DNA from: Patescibacteria group bacterium
Lineage (GTDB): Bacteria > Patescibacteriota > Patescibacteriia > 2-01-FULL-39-33
DNA: 64,000 nt
NCBI GenBank assembly: GCA_041645075.1
Contig: JBAZQS010000002.1
Location: 693 to 64,692 of the forward strand
Direction of reading: 5' to 3'
Translations under genes and position numbers: made by a program
Part shown: piece by piece, positions 28,369-37,715 of the stretch
How the letters are laid out: each line of letters begins with the position of its first letter
How positions within the stretch are numbered: position 1 is the first letter of the stretch
The notes under the pieces: model-generated
The model's input: only the letters and a program-made list of their open reading frames with translations
The model's database searches: none
Told to the model about the DNA's origin: nothing

Positions 28369-28824
28369 ATGAGCCGCAGAAAAAGGAAATCAAACTTATT
28401 TCGATTCCCGACCAGTAAGTGGTGGCGTCGCGGCCAAGCCTTAGCCGATTTTTTAGGCGGTATGATTTTTGGCCTGGCGGAACAATTGGCTGGCTGGCTG
28501 ATTAGGTTTTTTAAGTTTTTTGGGCGGGTAATCTATTGGTTAATAATCAAGATTCCGGGTCGTAAGAAGAAAGACACGAGACAAAACGAAATCCAGCCAG
28601 AAAAAAATTTACCGAAAGAAACTGCCAGTCCTTTGGCGGACTGGCCGCCTCAAGCCCAAGAGGCCATTGCCGCCTTAATTTCTTTGGGGGTGGCAAAAGC
28701 AAACGCCGGCCCGGCCATTGCCAAGGCCCGGGCTAACCTTGGGTCAGGCGCTTCAACCCAGGATTTAATTAGAGAAGGTCTGAAATACCGACGCGGAATA
28801 TCGGAGATGGGAGCGGAAAAATGA
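28369..28824 (+). CDS. Protein with a stand-alone RuvA C-terminal (domain III)-like module and amphipathic N-terminus
   Basis: QEAIAALISLGVAKANA..AIAKA..STQDLIREGLK matches the RuvA_C pattern; AGGAGG SD. Confidence 0.7.
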   Translation: MSRRKRKSNLFRFPTSKWWRRGQALADFLGGMIFGLAEQLAGWLIRFFKFFGRVIYWLIIKIPGRKKKDTRQNEIQPEKNLPKETASPLADWPPQAQEAIAALISLGVAKANAGPAIAKARANLGSGASTQDLIREGLKYRRGISEMGAEK

Positions 28825-29477
28825 TTGGCGATAAAAATTTTTGGCTTTCAGTTATGATTTTTATAGTTGCTTGGTATTTATGGAAAAGCTTGTTGATGTA
28901 TCCGTTGCGGCTGTTGGTCACTCTACTTCATGAAAGCGGCCACGCCTTAGCCGCGGTTTTGACCGGTGGCGCCACGGAATTTATCAGTGTTGATATTCGT
29001 GGCAATGGCCGCGCGGTAACCAAGGGCGGGATCCGGCTGGTCATTTTAAACGGTGGCTATTTGGGCAGCGTGATTCTTGGCGTTTTTGTCTACCTTCTGC
29101 CTTATGGCCGATTTGGCCGCTATGCCCTAATGATTTTAGCCGCCTTGCTTTTGCTGATTGCCATTTTGTGGATCAGGGACTTTTTTACTATGATTTTTTC
29201 GCTCGGCTTAGGTCTGGGACTGGTTTTAATCAATTTATCGGTCTCCAATTCTTCCGCCATGCTCGTCGCCAAGTTTATCGGTTCTTGCTGTATTCTTTAC
29301 TCGGTGTTAAATATTGATTTCCATTTTCGTTACGGCAGGATGTTCTTTAACCGCCAAACCGACGATCAGGAATTGGCAAAATTAACAAAAATACCTGCCC
29401 GCCTTTGGCAGTTGGTCTGGCTCATTATTTCTCTGGTTATTTTTCTGCTCCTTACCAAGTCCACCCTAATGGAATAG
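28821..29477 (+). CDS. Peptidase M50B-like membrane metalloprotease
   Basis: LVTLLHESGHAL (HExxH), GGYLG, TDDQELA; polytopic. Confidence 0.88.
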   Translation: MIGDKNFWLSVMIFIVAWYLWKSLLMYPLRLLVTLLHESGHALAAVLTGGATEFISVDIRGNGRAVTKGGIRLVILNGGYLGSVILGVFVYLLPYGRFGRYALMILAALLLLIAILWIRDFFTMIFSLGLGLGLVLINLSVSNSSAMLVAKFIGSCCILYSVLNIDFHFRYGRMFFNRQTDDQELAKLTKIPARLWQLVWLIISLVIFLLLTKSTLME

Positions 29478-29558
29478 GGCGATGCCCAAATTTTTGCTTT
29501 AGCAAAAATTTTATTCCACAGGGTGAACCCTTAACGGTGTTTATTAGTAGCATTTATT

Positions 29559-29590
29559 AAGTCCGGACCGAGAGTGGTGCCGGACTTTTT
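29559..29590 (+). terminator. Intrinsic terminator
   Basis: AAGTCCGG...CCGGACTT followed by T-run. Confidence 0.7.
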
Positions 29591-29677
29591 AATTTTTTTT
29601 ATCAATTTCCGCCATTTGGTTCAAATCTATCATTCGTGTTATAATTAATTTGGAAAATATTAATTTTTAATCTTTAA

Positions 29678-32350
29678 ATGCCAAGTCAAATTGAAAAAAA
29701 ATGGCACAGTTTAAGTATGGCCAAAGTTTTTGCGTTGCTAAAAAGCGCAAAAGCCGGCTTATCCGGCGCCGAGGCAAAAAATCGGCAAAAAATTTACGGC
29801 TTAAATCGTCTGCCCAAAGAAAAGCCCTTTTCGCGCTTAAAATTATTGATTAGCCAAATAAAGTCACCTTTGGTTTATATTTTGTTTTTTGCCGCGATAA
29901 TTTCACTACTGCTTGACCACCTTACTGATTTTAGCGTCATATTTTTTGTCGTGGTGGTAAATACCATCTTTGGCTTTTGGCAGGAAAGCAAGGCCAACAA
30001 GTCCTTGGAGAAGCTGAAAGAAATCATCAAATACAAAGCCAAGGTCTTGCGCGATGGTTATGAAGTGATGATTGAGGCGGACGAACTGGTTCCCGGCGAT
30101 GTTATATTGGTTTCGGCCGGCGATCGGATTCCGGCTGATGCCAGAATATTTATCGCCGATAATTTGCAGATTACCGAAGCCGCTTTAACCGGCGAATCAA
30201 ATCCCTCAAAAAAAGGCGTCCGGGTTTTATCTGATAATGTGCCCTTGGCTGACCGGGAAAATATGGTTTATCTGGGCACCTTGGCCTCTCGCGGCAGCGG
30301 TTGGGCCGTGGTTTGCGCCACGGGCGGCAGAACAGAAGTGGGTAAGATTGCCGGGCTAATAAGAGAAGTTAGGGAAGAAAAAACGCCTCTTCAGAGAAAG
30401 CTGGCCCAATTCAGCAATTGGCTTACTTTAGTTATCGTTTTTTTATGCCTGTTAATTTTTATTATCGGATTTTTGGCGGGTAAGGATCCGATAGAAATGC
30501 TTATGTTCACGGTCGCCTTGGCCGTGGCCGCCATTCCCGAAGGATTATTAGTCGCGGTGACCATTATTTTAACGGTTGGCATGCAGTTTATTCTAAAACG
30601 GCAGGCCTTGGTCAGAAAGCTTATTGCCACCGAAACCTTGGGCAGCGTTTCCATTATTTGCGCCGATAAAACCGGCACCATTACCACCGGAGAAATGCAA
30701 GTTTCAAAAATTATTACGGCCGACAAAGAATACGCCATTCCCCAGAGCGGTGAATATTTAAAAAAAGAAAAAGTGCAGGACTTAATTTTAAAAATTTCTG
30801 TTTTGTGCAGCAGCGCGCAAATTGAAAATCCCAACGCCGAATTGGAGGCCTTAAGGATTATCGGCGACCCCACGGAAAAGGCGCTTGTTTTAGCGGCCGT
30901 CCAATCCGGATTCAATAAAGAGAAATTAGACAATGATTATACCAAGCAATCAGCCATTCCCTTTGATTCGCAGAAAAAGTTTATGGCCACGATTCATAAT
31001 CATGCGAGTGAAAACCATCAGCATGTTTTTGTTAAGGGCGCGCCCGAGATTGTCTTTAAATTTTGTCATCAGGTGTTGGTTGAAGGCATGGCCAAGCCAT
31101 TAGACGTTAAAATGCAAGAGTATTTAAAAACCAAACATGAAAATTTAACCAAGAAGGGCTTGCGCTTATTGGGCTTTGCCTATAAAACCGGTCAATTTAA
31201 AAACATAGAGGCAGAATTAAATGGCTTGGTTTTTTTGGGTTTTGTCGCCCTCAAGGATCCATTGCGAGAGGGGATTAAAGAAACATTTCAGTTGTGCCAT
31301 CGGGCGGGCATCAGGCCGGTAATTATCACCGGCGACCATAAATTGACCGCTAAAGCGATTTTTGAAGAATTGAAATTGCCGGTTGACGGCAATATAATTG
31401 AAGGCAGCGAGCTTGATAAATGGGACGACGAAGAATTAAAAAAGCAAGTAAAGCATATAGATGTTTACGCGCGCGTTGAGCCGATTCATAAATTAAGGAT
31501 TGTCAAGGCCTGGCAAGCGTGCGATGAGGTTGTGGCCATGACCGGCGATGGCATCAATGACGCGCCGGCCATAAAATCGGCTGATATCGGCATTGCTTTG
31601 GGCAGCGGCTCGGATGTGACCAAGGAAACAGCTGATTTGGTCTTATTGGATAATAATTTTAAGGTTATAGTGGCGGCTATTGAGCAGGGCCGGATAATTT
31701 TTGACAATATTAGAAAAGTAATTTTGTATTTGCTTTCTAATAGTTTTGCCGAAATGATATTAATTGCCAGTAGCATTGTTTTGGGTTTGCCTATGCCGAT
31801 TTTAGTCACCCAAATTTTATGGATAAATTTAATTACCGACGGCTTGCCTAATTTAGCGATTGCCTTGGAGCCCGGCGAAAGAGGGGTAATGGCCGACCGT
31901 CCTCGTCGGCGAAATGAGCCGCTTTTAAGCCAGCAGATGAAAATTTTAATTTTTGTTATCGGCCTGATTGTAAATTTTATGTTGTTGGGCGTTTTTGTAT
32001 ATTTACTGCGAATTTCTAATAACCTTGATTATATTCGGACCATTATTTTCGCCGCGCTTGGAATGAATACCTTGTTTTATGTTTTCAGTATTCGCTCGGT
32101 TCGGCATTCAATCTTTGCGCAGAACCCTCTTAGCAATAAATATCTTAATTTTGCGGTTTTAACTTCGGTTGTTATATTGCTTGCCGCCATTTATGTTCCT
32201 TTTCTTCAAGAGGTCTTCCAGACCGTATATTTGGGGTGGACTGAATGGATGTTTGTGGTGGCGATTAGTATCATCCAGATAATGCTGATAGAATTAGTAA
32301 AATATTATTTTATAATTAAAAGAAATAAATCCTTAAGCCATGCCCAGTAG
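29678..32350 (+). CDS. P-type (type II, Ca2+-like) cation-transporting ATPase
   Basis: LTGES, IPEGL, DKTGTIT, KGAPE, TGDGINDAPA, QILWINLITD. Confidence 0.95.
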   Translation: MPSQIEKKWHSLSMAKVFALLKSAKAGLSGAEAKNRQKIYGLNRLPKEKPFSRLKLLISQIKSPLVYILFFAAIISLLLDHLTDFSVIFFVVVVNTIFGFWQESKANKSLEKLKEIIKYKAKVLRDGYEVMIEADELVPGDVILVSAGDRIPADARIFIADNLQITEAALTGESNPSKKGVRVLSDNVPLADRENMVYLGTLASRGSGWAVVCATGGRTEVGKIAGLIREVREEKTPLQRKLAQFSNWLTLVIVFLCLLIFIIGFLAGKDPIEMLMFTVALAVAAIPEGLLVAVTIILTVGMQFILKRQALVRKLIATETLGSVSIICADKTGTITTGEMQVSKIITADKEYAIPQSGEYLKKEKVQDLILKISVLCSSAQIENPNAELEALRIIGDPTEKALVLAAVQSGFNKEKLDNDYTKQSAIPFDSQKKFMATIHNHASENHQHVFVKGAPEIVFKFCHQVLVEGMAKPLDVKMQEYLKTKHENLTKKGLRLLGFAYKTGQFKNIEAELNGLVFLGFVALKDPLREGIKETFQLCHRAGIRPVIITGDHKLTAKAIFEELKLPVDGNIIEGSELDKWDDEELKKQVKHIDVYARVEPIHKLRIVKAWQACDEVVAMTGDGINDAPAIKSADIGIALGSGSDVTKETADLVLLDNNFKVIVAAIEQGRIIFDNIRKVILYLLSNSFAEMILIASSIVLGLPMPILVTQILWINLITDGLPNLAIALEPGERGVMADRPRRRNEPLLSQQMKILIFVIGLIVNFMLLGVFVYLLRISNNLDYIRTIIFAALGMNTLFYVFSIRSVRHSIFAQNPLSNKYLNFAVLTSVVILLAAIYVPFLQEVFQTVYLGWTEWMFVVAISIIQIMLIELVKYYFIIKRNKSLSHAQ

Positions 32351-32460
32351 TGAAAATTTGAACATTTGGTTGGGCAGATATTGTAGGGTTTTTACAAGAT
32401 ATTTACCAAATAAAGGTAAAAGTTTATAAAAAAATATAATTCAAATTTCTACTACTGGGC

Positions 32461-33060
32461 ATGCTGAATAACGTATTATTAAAAAATATCAATCTGCGCG
32501 AAGGCGAAAGGATAAAGAGGATTGTCCGGCGCTCAACCTGGCATTATTTCTGGCCGATAATATTGGCGATTATTTTAATTATTCTGCCCTTCTTTTTAAT
32601 CTACCCGCTTTTCCAAAGGGGCTGGTGGGGGATGGCGATTTTTTTTCTCTTATTGATCTTCGGCGTTTGGCTTATTTTAAGAATTTATTTTTCTCATTTT
32701 TTCACGGTTTTCGTGATGACTAATATGAGAGTTATTGATTTTGACCAGAGGGGATTATTTAATCAGGTTGTGACCGAGGCGCTTTATGGCAAGATTGGCG
32801 ATGTTTCCTGCGAGTCCCGGGGCGCGGTCAATGCGATTCTACGTCTGGGCAATATTTATATCAATCTTTTAAATAAGGGACGGGTGAAATTAAAATTAAG
32901 CGCCATTAAAAATCCCCAGAGCGTGGTCGGCGATATTTTATATTGGCAGGAAAATTACCTAAAAGGCAATTCTGCCGGCGGCGCGCAAGCCGGATTTCTG
33001 CTTAATAAGATTAAAGAAAAGATGGGCGATGACGCTTTTAATAAATTGATTACCGATTAA
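32461..33060 (+). CDS. Membrane protein with bacterial PH domain
   Basis: Two TM helices then VMTNMRVIDFDQRGLF..I.DV...LGNI. Confidence 0.75.
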   Translation: MLNNVLLKNINLREGERIKRIVRRSTWHYFWPIILAIILIILPFFLIYPLFQRGWWGMAIFFLLLIFGVWLILRIYFSHFFTVFVMTNMRVIDFDQRGLFNQVVTEALYGKIGDVSCESRGAVNAILRLGNIYINLLNKGRVKLKLSAIKNPQSVVGDILYWQENYLKGNSAGGAQAGFLLNKIKEKMGDDAFNKLITD

Positions 33061-33126
33061 ATAAATCCAGCCCCGTCTTTCGCGAGGGGCGGGGGTATTT
33101 CAAAGGTGCTGGATAAATGCTATAAT

Positions 33127-33558
33127 ATGCTTAATCGCTCACGGCGCAAAAATAAATATCATTTTTCTCGCGTTCAGATAATCATCGCCATTGGCAGTAT
33201 TATTTTGATTTTTTTGATTGTCGGCATTATTAAAGAGAAGATTAACCGCCGCCAAATTGATAATGAAGTTGCCAATTTAGAGAAACAGGTTAAAACATCA
33301 GAAAAGGAAAATCTGGAACTTGGGTCTCTGATTGAAGAATGGCGCGGCGGGAGCCGAGTGGAAAAAGAAGCGCGTCTTAAATTGGGCCTAAAAAAGCCGG
33401 GAGAAAAGGTGGTGATGATTATGAAAGAAACACCCAGCGCCCCCGAGAATATTATTAATAAAAATACCGAGATTATCGGCAATATTATCAAACCAAAGGA
33501 ATTAGAGGGAGCGGCCAATCCCTTAAAATGGTGGCGTTATTTTTTTTCAAAAATATAA
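33127..33558 (+). CDS. Septum formation initiator (FtsB/DivIC family)
   Basis: TM + coiled coil + EKEARLKLGLKKPGE. Confidence 0.85.
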   Translation: MLNRSRRKNKYHFSRVQIIIAIGSIILIFLIVGIIKEKINRRQIDNEVANLEKQVKTSEKENLELGSLIEEWRGGSRVEKEARLKLGLKKPGEKVVMIMKETPSAPENIINKNTEIIGNIIKPKELEGAANPLKWWRYFFSKI

Positions 33559-33571
33559 ATAATTAATTATT

Positions 33572-34732
33572 ATGGCTCAACTATCTCCGGAAAAAAAAGT
33601 GAAGCTCAAAGCCGACGTCCTCGCCGAATTAGAAGCTGATTCCCGCCGTCTTTCTGGTTTAAAAAATAATATTAGTGAAAAGCCACCGAGGGAAAAACGG
33701 ACGGTTAAAATTTCCTCGGAGCGGATCGGCGAGGCGGTTCTTGAAGTCAATAAGCCGCTCAAAGAAAATTTACCAAATAAAATTAAGGTAAGATTGCCAA
33801 AAATTAATTTGCCTAAAAATAATCTTTTTTTCGCCATGATTAAAGGCGCCATTATTCTAATATCGATTATTTTGCTTGTTCTCGTTGTTGATATCGTCTT
33901 TATTTATAAATTCAGCTGGCAAGATAATTTCAGCTATCAGGTCGCTAAAATTTTTAATTTGCCGGCCGGCGCGGTTAACGGCCAGAACATTAAACTCATT
34001 GATTATTTAGATAATATTAGAGTCCTAAAAGTAGCGATAAGCAATAATCGGGAAGGCGTGGCTCTAAATTTGGGCGGGGGAAATAATGTCAATGAAAAAA
34101 TATTTCAAATTTTAACGGCCAATAATTTAGTGAAAGAACAGTTGAGAAAGTATAATAAAGTCGTTAATGAACAGGACTTGGACAATCCCCTGAAGGCCAT
34201 AATTACCCAGCTGGGCGGCAAGCAAAAAGCCGAAGAAACCATCAGCCGTTTATATAATTTGAATTTGGGCGAATTTAAGGAAAAAATTTTAAGGCCGCTG
34301 ATGGAGCGGGAAAATTTGCAGGCCGCGATAATGAAAGATGAAAATTTAGAAATTAATAAGGAAGCGAAATTTAAAGCCGAAGAGGTTTTAAAAATCGCTC
34401 TTCAGCCAAAGGTGGATTTTAAGGTCTTAGCCAAGCAATATACGGAAGACGAGGCGGGCATAAATACAGGCGGCGACTTGGGGCTGATTTCCAAAGGTGA
34501 AACCGCGCCCGAGTTTGAATCAATTGTATTTTTTCTGCCGCCACGCACGGTTTATGATAAATTATTTGTTAATAAAATCGGCTACTATATTATTAAGGTG
34601 GATGAAAAATTAACCGACCCGGAGAGCGGACGGGAAAGCGTGAAAGTTAGCGATATTTTAATTCGCGTTGATGTGGATAAATACATCAAAGGACTAATGG
34701 ATAAAGCGGTGATTAAAAAGTATGTTCGGTAA
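33572..34732 (+). CDS. PpiC-type peptidyl-prolyl isomerase / PrsA-SurA-like foldase
   Basis: FKVLAKQYTED..GGDLG..PEFE..GYYIIKV; TM anchor. Confidence 0.85.
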   Translation: MAQLSPEKKVKLKADVLAELEADSRRLSGLKNNISEKPPREKRTVKISSERIGEAVLEVNKPLKENLPNKIKVRLPKINLPKNNLFFAMIKGAIILISIILLVLVVDIVFIYKFSWQDNFSYQVAKIFNLPAGAVNGQNIKLIDYLDNIRVLKVAISNNREGVALNLGGGNNVNEKIFQILTANNLVKEQLRKYNKVVNEQDLDNPLKAIITQLGGKQKAEETISRLYNLNLGEFKEKILRPLMERENLQAAIMKDENLEINKEAKFKAEEVLKIALQPKVDFKVLAKQYTEDEAGINTGGDLGLISKGETAPEFESIVFFLPPRTVYDKLFVNKIGYYIIKVDEKLTDPESGRESVKVSDILIRVDVDKYIKGLMDKAVIKKYVR

Positions 34733-34739
34733 ATATTTG

Positions 34740-34812
34740 AGCCACCCATCGGATTCGAACCGATGACCTACGCGTTACGAGTGCGTTGCTCTACCAACTG
34801 AGCTAGGGTGGC
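34740..34812 (-). tRNA. tRNA-Thr (CGT)
   Basis: Reverse complement GCCACCCTAGCTCAGTTGGTAGAGC..CTCGTAA..GGTTCGAATCC..GGGTGGC. Confidence 0.93.
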
Positions 34813-34815
34813 CTA

Positions 34816-34886
34816 AGCGGGATACGGGAGTCGAACCCGTCTTTCTACCTTGGGAAGGTAGCATTAAACCGATTAATTAATCCCGC
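34816..34886 (-). tRNA. tRNA-Gly (CCC)
   Basis: Reverse complement GCGGGAT..CTACC-TTCCCAA-GGTAG..GGTTCGACTCC..ATCCCGC. Confidence 0.88.
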
Positions 34887-34925
34887 AGACAGTATATATA
34901 GTATATAATTTTTTGCCAAAAATCA

Positions 34926-35795
34926 ATGATTTTAAATATTATCTCATCAAAAAACAGCCAAAAGCACGGTTGGAGGCAATTTAAAACAAGTTATTTTGTT
35001 TTTTTTGTGATATTTACGCCATTAATGGCTTTTTTCTTTCTCATAAATCCCGTCCGGGCGGAAAATTTTGTTTTTATCAGGCAGATTGAATATCCCTTGA
35101 ATAAAAATTATATTTTAACCTCGCCGGCCGAGGAAATAACGTTTTCGGTGGCGGCCAACTCCATCGATCAAAATGCGGTGATTAAATTAATGCATTTGGC
35201 CGATCAGAAAAATATCAGCGATTATTTTACCTATTCAGAAAATATTGAACCCGCCAGCGATTTGTACTATTTTGAATTTGTGAATAAGGACGGTTTTCAA
35301 AAAACCAGCTATTCAATCCGGCCGAAAATTACCATCAAATACAAACCGGATAATAAATATAAAGAAATATATTATTACAGCTGGCTGTATTTAAAATTTT
35401 TAAAATTAGATACGATTCGCGATACCATTAATAATACCCTAACTTTTGAAATTCCCGAGCAACAATCGCTTATTTTTGCTTTGTTTGATGAAAAGGAAAT
35501 TGCGGGCAAGGCCTCATGGTATGTCCATAATAAATATAAAAATCAATTAATCGCGGCCAGCGTGGATTTTGCCCAGGACGCGAAGGTAAGAGTCATAAAT
35601 TCCGACAACAACAAAGAAGTTATTGTCACCATAAAGGATTATGGCCCAAAGAAATGTCCCGATTGGACCGAGAAAGAACAAAAAACCATGGGCCCCTGCC
35701 AAGATCGGCTATTGGATTTATCAAAAACCGCTTTCAAAGTTTTGGCGCCGACCAGCTTGGGCATAATAAATGTGAAAGTAATGCCCGCGGAATAA
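34926..35795 (+). CDS. RlpA-like DPBB-domain exported protein
   Basis: C-terminal GKASWY..VRVINSDNNKEVIVTIKDYGP..RLLDLSKTAF. Confidence 0.8.
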   Translation: MILNIISSKNSQKHGWRQFKTSYFVFFVIFTPLMAFFFLINPVRAENFVFIRQIEYPLNKNYILTSPAEEITFSVAANSIDQNAVIKLMHLADQKNISDYFTYSENIEPASDLYYFEFVNKDGFQKTSYSIRPKITIKYKPDNKYKEIYYYSWLYLKFLKLDTIRDTINNTLTFEIPEQQSLIFALFDEKEIAGKASWYVHNKYKNQLIAASVDFAQDAKVRVINSDNNKEVIVTIKDYGPKKCPDWTEKEQKTMGPCQDRLLDLSKTAFKVLAPTSLGIINVKVMPAE

Positions 35796-35804
35796 AATAC
35801 TAAT

Positions 35805-36485
35805 ATGATTCATTTAATCAAAGTAACAAAAAAATTTGAGGGCGAGACCGTGGCCCTAAAGGAGGTCGCGCTTCATATTGAGCCCGGCGAGTTTGTTTCT
35901 ATTGTCGGCCAGTCGGGCTCGGGCAAAACCACCATTATCCGCTTATTGATCGCGGAAATCAGGCCGACCGCCGGTAAAATTATTATCGGCGGCTGGGATA
36001 TTACCGATATCAAACGCCGTCAAATTCCCATATTGAGGCGGCAAATCGGCGTAGTATTTCAGGATTTTAAATTATTGCCCAAAAAAACGGTATTTGAAAA
36101 TGTGGCCTTTGCCTTGCAGGTTTCCGGCAGCGCCAAAAGCCGCATCAATAAAATTGTGCCGCAGGTTTTAAAAATCGTGGATTTGGAAGATAAGACGGGC
36201 CGGTATCCGCAAAATTTGTCGGGCGGCGAAAAGCAAAGGGTGGCGATTGCCCGAGCCCTGATTCATCGGCCGAAAATATTATTAGCCGATGAGCCGACCG
36301 GCAATTTAGACGCCTTAAATTCAAAAGATATTATTGATTTGCTTTTGAAAATCAATGATTTCGGCACGACCGTGGTTTTGGTTACCCACAATAAAGATAT
36401 TGTTAATTCGTTAAGAAAACGAGTCATCACTCTTGAGCGCGGCGTCGTTATCCAAGACCAGAAAGTGGGAAAGTATGTTTTATAA
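35805..36485 (+). CDS. ftsE: Cell division ATP-binding protein FtsE
   Basis: GQSGSGKT, LRRQIGVVFQDFKLLP, upstream of ftsX. Confidence 0.95.
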   Translation: MIHLIKVTKKFEGETVALKEVALHIEPGEFVSIVGQSGSGKTTIIRLLIAEIRPTAGKIIIGGWDITDIKRRQIPILRRQIGVVFQDFKLLPKKTVFENVAFALQVSGSAKSRINKIVPQVLKIVDLEDKTGRYPQNLSGGEKQRVAIARALIHRPKILLADEPTGNLDALNSKDIIDLLLKINDFGTTVVLVTHNKDIVNSLRKRVITLERGVVIQDQKVGKYVL

Positions 36486-36495
36486 ATTATAAACC

Positions 36496-37419
36496 TTGAT
36501 TATGTTATTAGTCGCCATACACCGAAGCGTGCTTTTCGCCCTCCAATCATTTTGGCGAAATTTTTGGCTGTCTCTGGCCACGATTTTTATAATTTTTTTG
36601 GCGTTTGTCTCAATTAATTTTTTAATTTTTCTCAGCGCCGTCTCTGATTCGGCCATAAACGCGGTCAAGGAAAAAATTGACGTGTCAATATATTTCAAGC
36701 CCGATATCAGAGAAAGCAAAATCAACGAAGTCAAATCGCATTTAGAGACCTTGTCCCAGGTAAAAGAGATTACTTATCATTCTTCGGCGCAAAATTTGGA
36801 AAGTTTTACCCAGCGCCACGCCAGTGATGCGGTCATCAGCGATACCTTAAAAGAATTGGCGGGCAATCCGCTGGGCGCCACTTTAATTATTAAGGCGAAA
36901 GAATTATCCGATTATCCCGAGATATTAAAGGCCGTGGACAATCCCGCCTATAATGAATTAATTGAAGAGAAAAATTATGACGACCATCGCGTCGTCATAG
37001 ACCGCATTAACAGCATTACCAACAACATCAGGCGAGGCGGGCTGATTATCAGCTTGATATTTGTGATCATCGCCATTCTCATTGTTTTTAATACCGTAAG
37101 AATCGCGATTTTTACCCATCAAAATGAAATCAGCATTATGAAACTGGTGGGCGCGAGCAATTGGTTTATCCGAGCGCCATTTATATTGGAAAGCATATTT
37201 TCCGGCGTGATTGCCTGTTTATTGGCCGTGGCTTTGGTGTATCCCGTCTTATCGTTCATCCAGCCCCATCTTGCCAATTTTTTTGACGGCGCCGCTTTTG
37301 ATCTGGTCGGCTATTTTAATCAGCGCTTCTTGCTTATTTTCGGCGGCCAGCTCTTGGGAATTATTCTTTTAAATATTATTGCCAGCAGCTTGGCTATTGG
37401 AAAATATTTGAAGGTCTAA
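36496..37419 (+). CDS. ftsX: Cell division permease FtsX
   Basis: NTVRIAIF..EISIMKLVGASNWFIRAPF..E; four TM helices. Confidence 0.93.
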   Translation: MIMLLVAIHRSVLFALQSFWRNFWLSLATIFIIFLAFVSINFLIFLSAVSDSAINAVKEKIDVSIYFKPDIRESKINEVKSHLETLSQVKEITYHSSAQNLESFTQRHASDAVISDTLKELAGNPLGATLIIKAKELSDYPEILKAVDNPAYNELIEEKNYDDHRVVIDRINSITNNIRRGGLIISLIFVIIAILIVFNTVRIAIFTHQNEISIMKLVGASNWFIRAPFILESIFSGVIACLLAVALVYPVLSFIQPHLANFFDGAAFDLVGYFNQRFLLIFGGQLLGIILLNIIASSLAIGKYLKV

Positions 37420-37480
37420 GCGGCTTGAAAAAAATAAAATTATTTGATATAATAATTAAGCTTAAAATATAAATATTATT

Positions 37481-37555
37481 ATGGCAAAAAGAAAAAGAGA
37501 CCCGAGAGTTAAAGTGCCGATTTTAAAGCATACTTTAAAAAGAAAGAAGAAGTAG
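37481..37555 (+). CDS. Small basic protein MAKRKRDPRVKVPILKHTLKRKKK (24 aa)
   Basis: Own promoter TTGAAA-17-TATAAT (37425-37453) and hairpin TCTCCCCCA/TGGGGGAGA right after the stop. Confidence 0.6.
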   Translation: MAKRKRDPRVKVPILKHTLKRKKK

Positions 37556-37598
37556 ATTTTCTCCCCCACAATGGGGGAGATTTAGGAAAAAGAAATAT

Positions 37599-37669
37599 TC
37601 GGGGATCGTCTAATGGTAGGACAGTGGCCTTTGAAGCCATTAATTCTGGTTCGAATCCAGGTCCCCGAG
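37599..37669 (+). tRNA. tRNA-Gln (TTG)
   Basis: TCGGGGA/TCCCCGA acceptor, GTGGC-CTTTGAA-GCCAT, GGTTCGAATCC. Confidence 0.93.
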
Positions 37670-37715
37670 CAAATAACAAAATTAATTATATTTAATTAAC
37701 TCAAATTAACTTAAT

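Noticed and set aside
29477-29678. attR duplication of the tRNA-Lys 3' end closing the island
   Set aside because: No copy of the tRNA 3' end found and no integrase in the block
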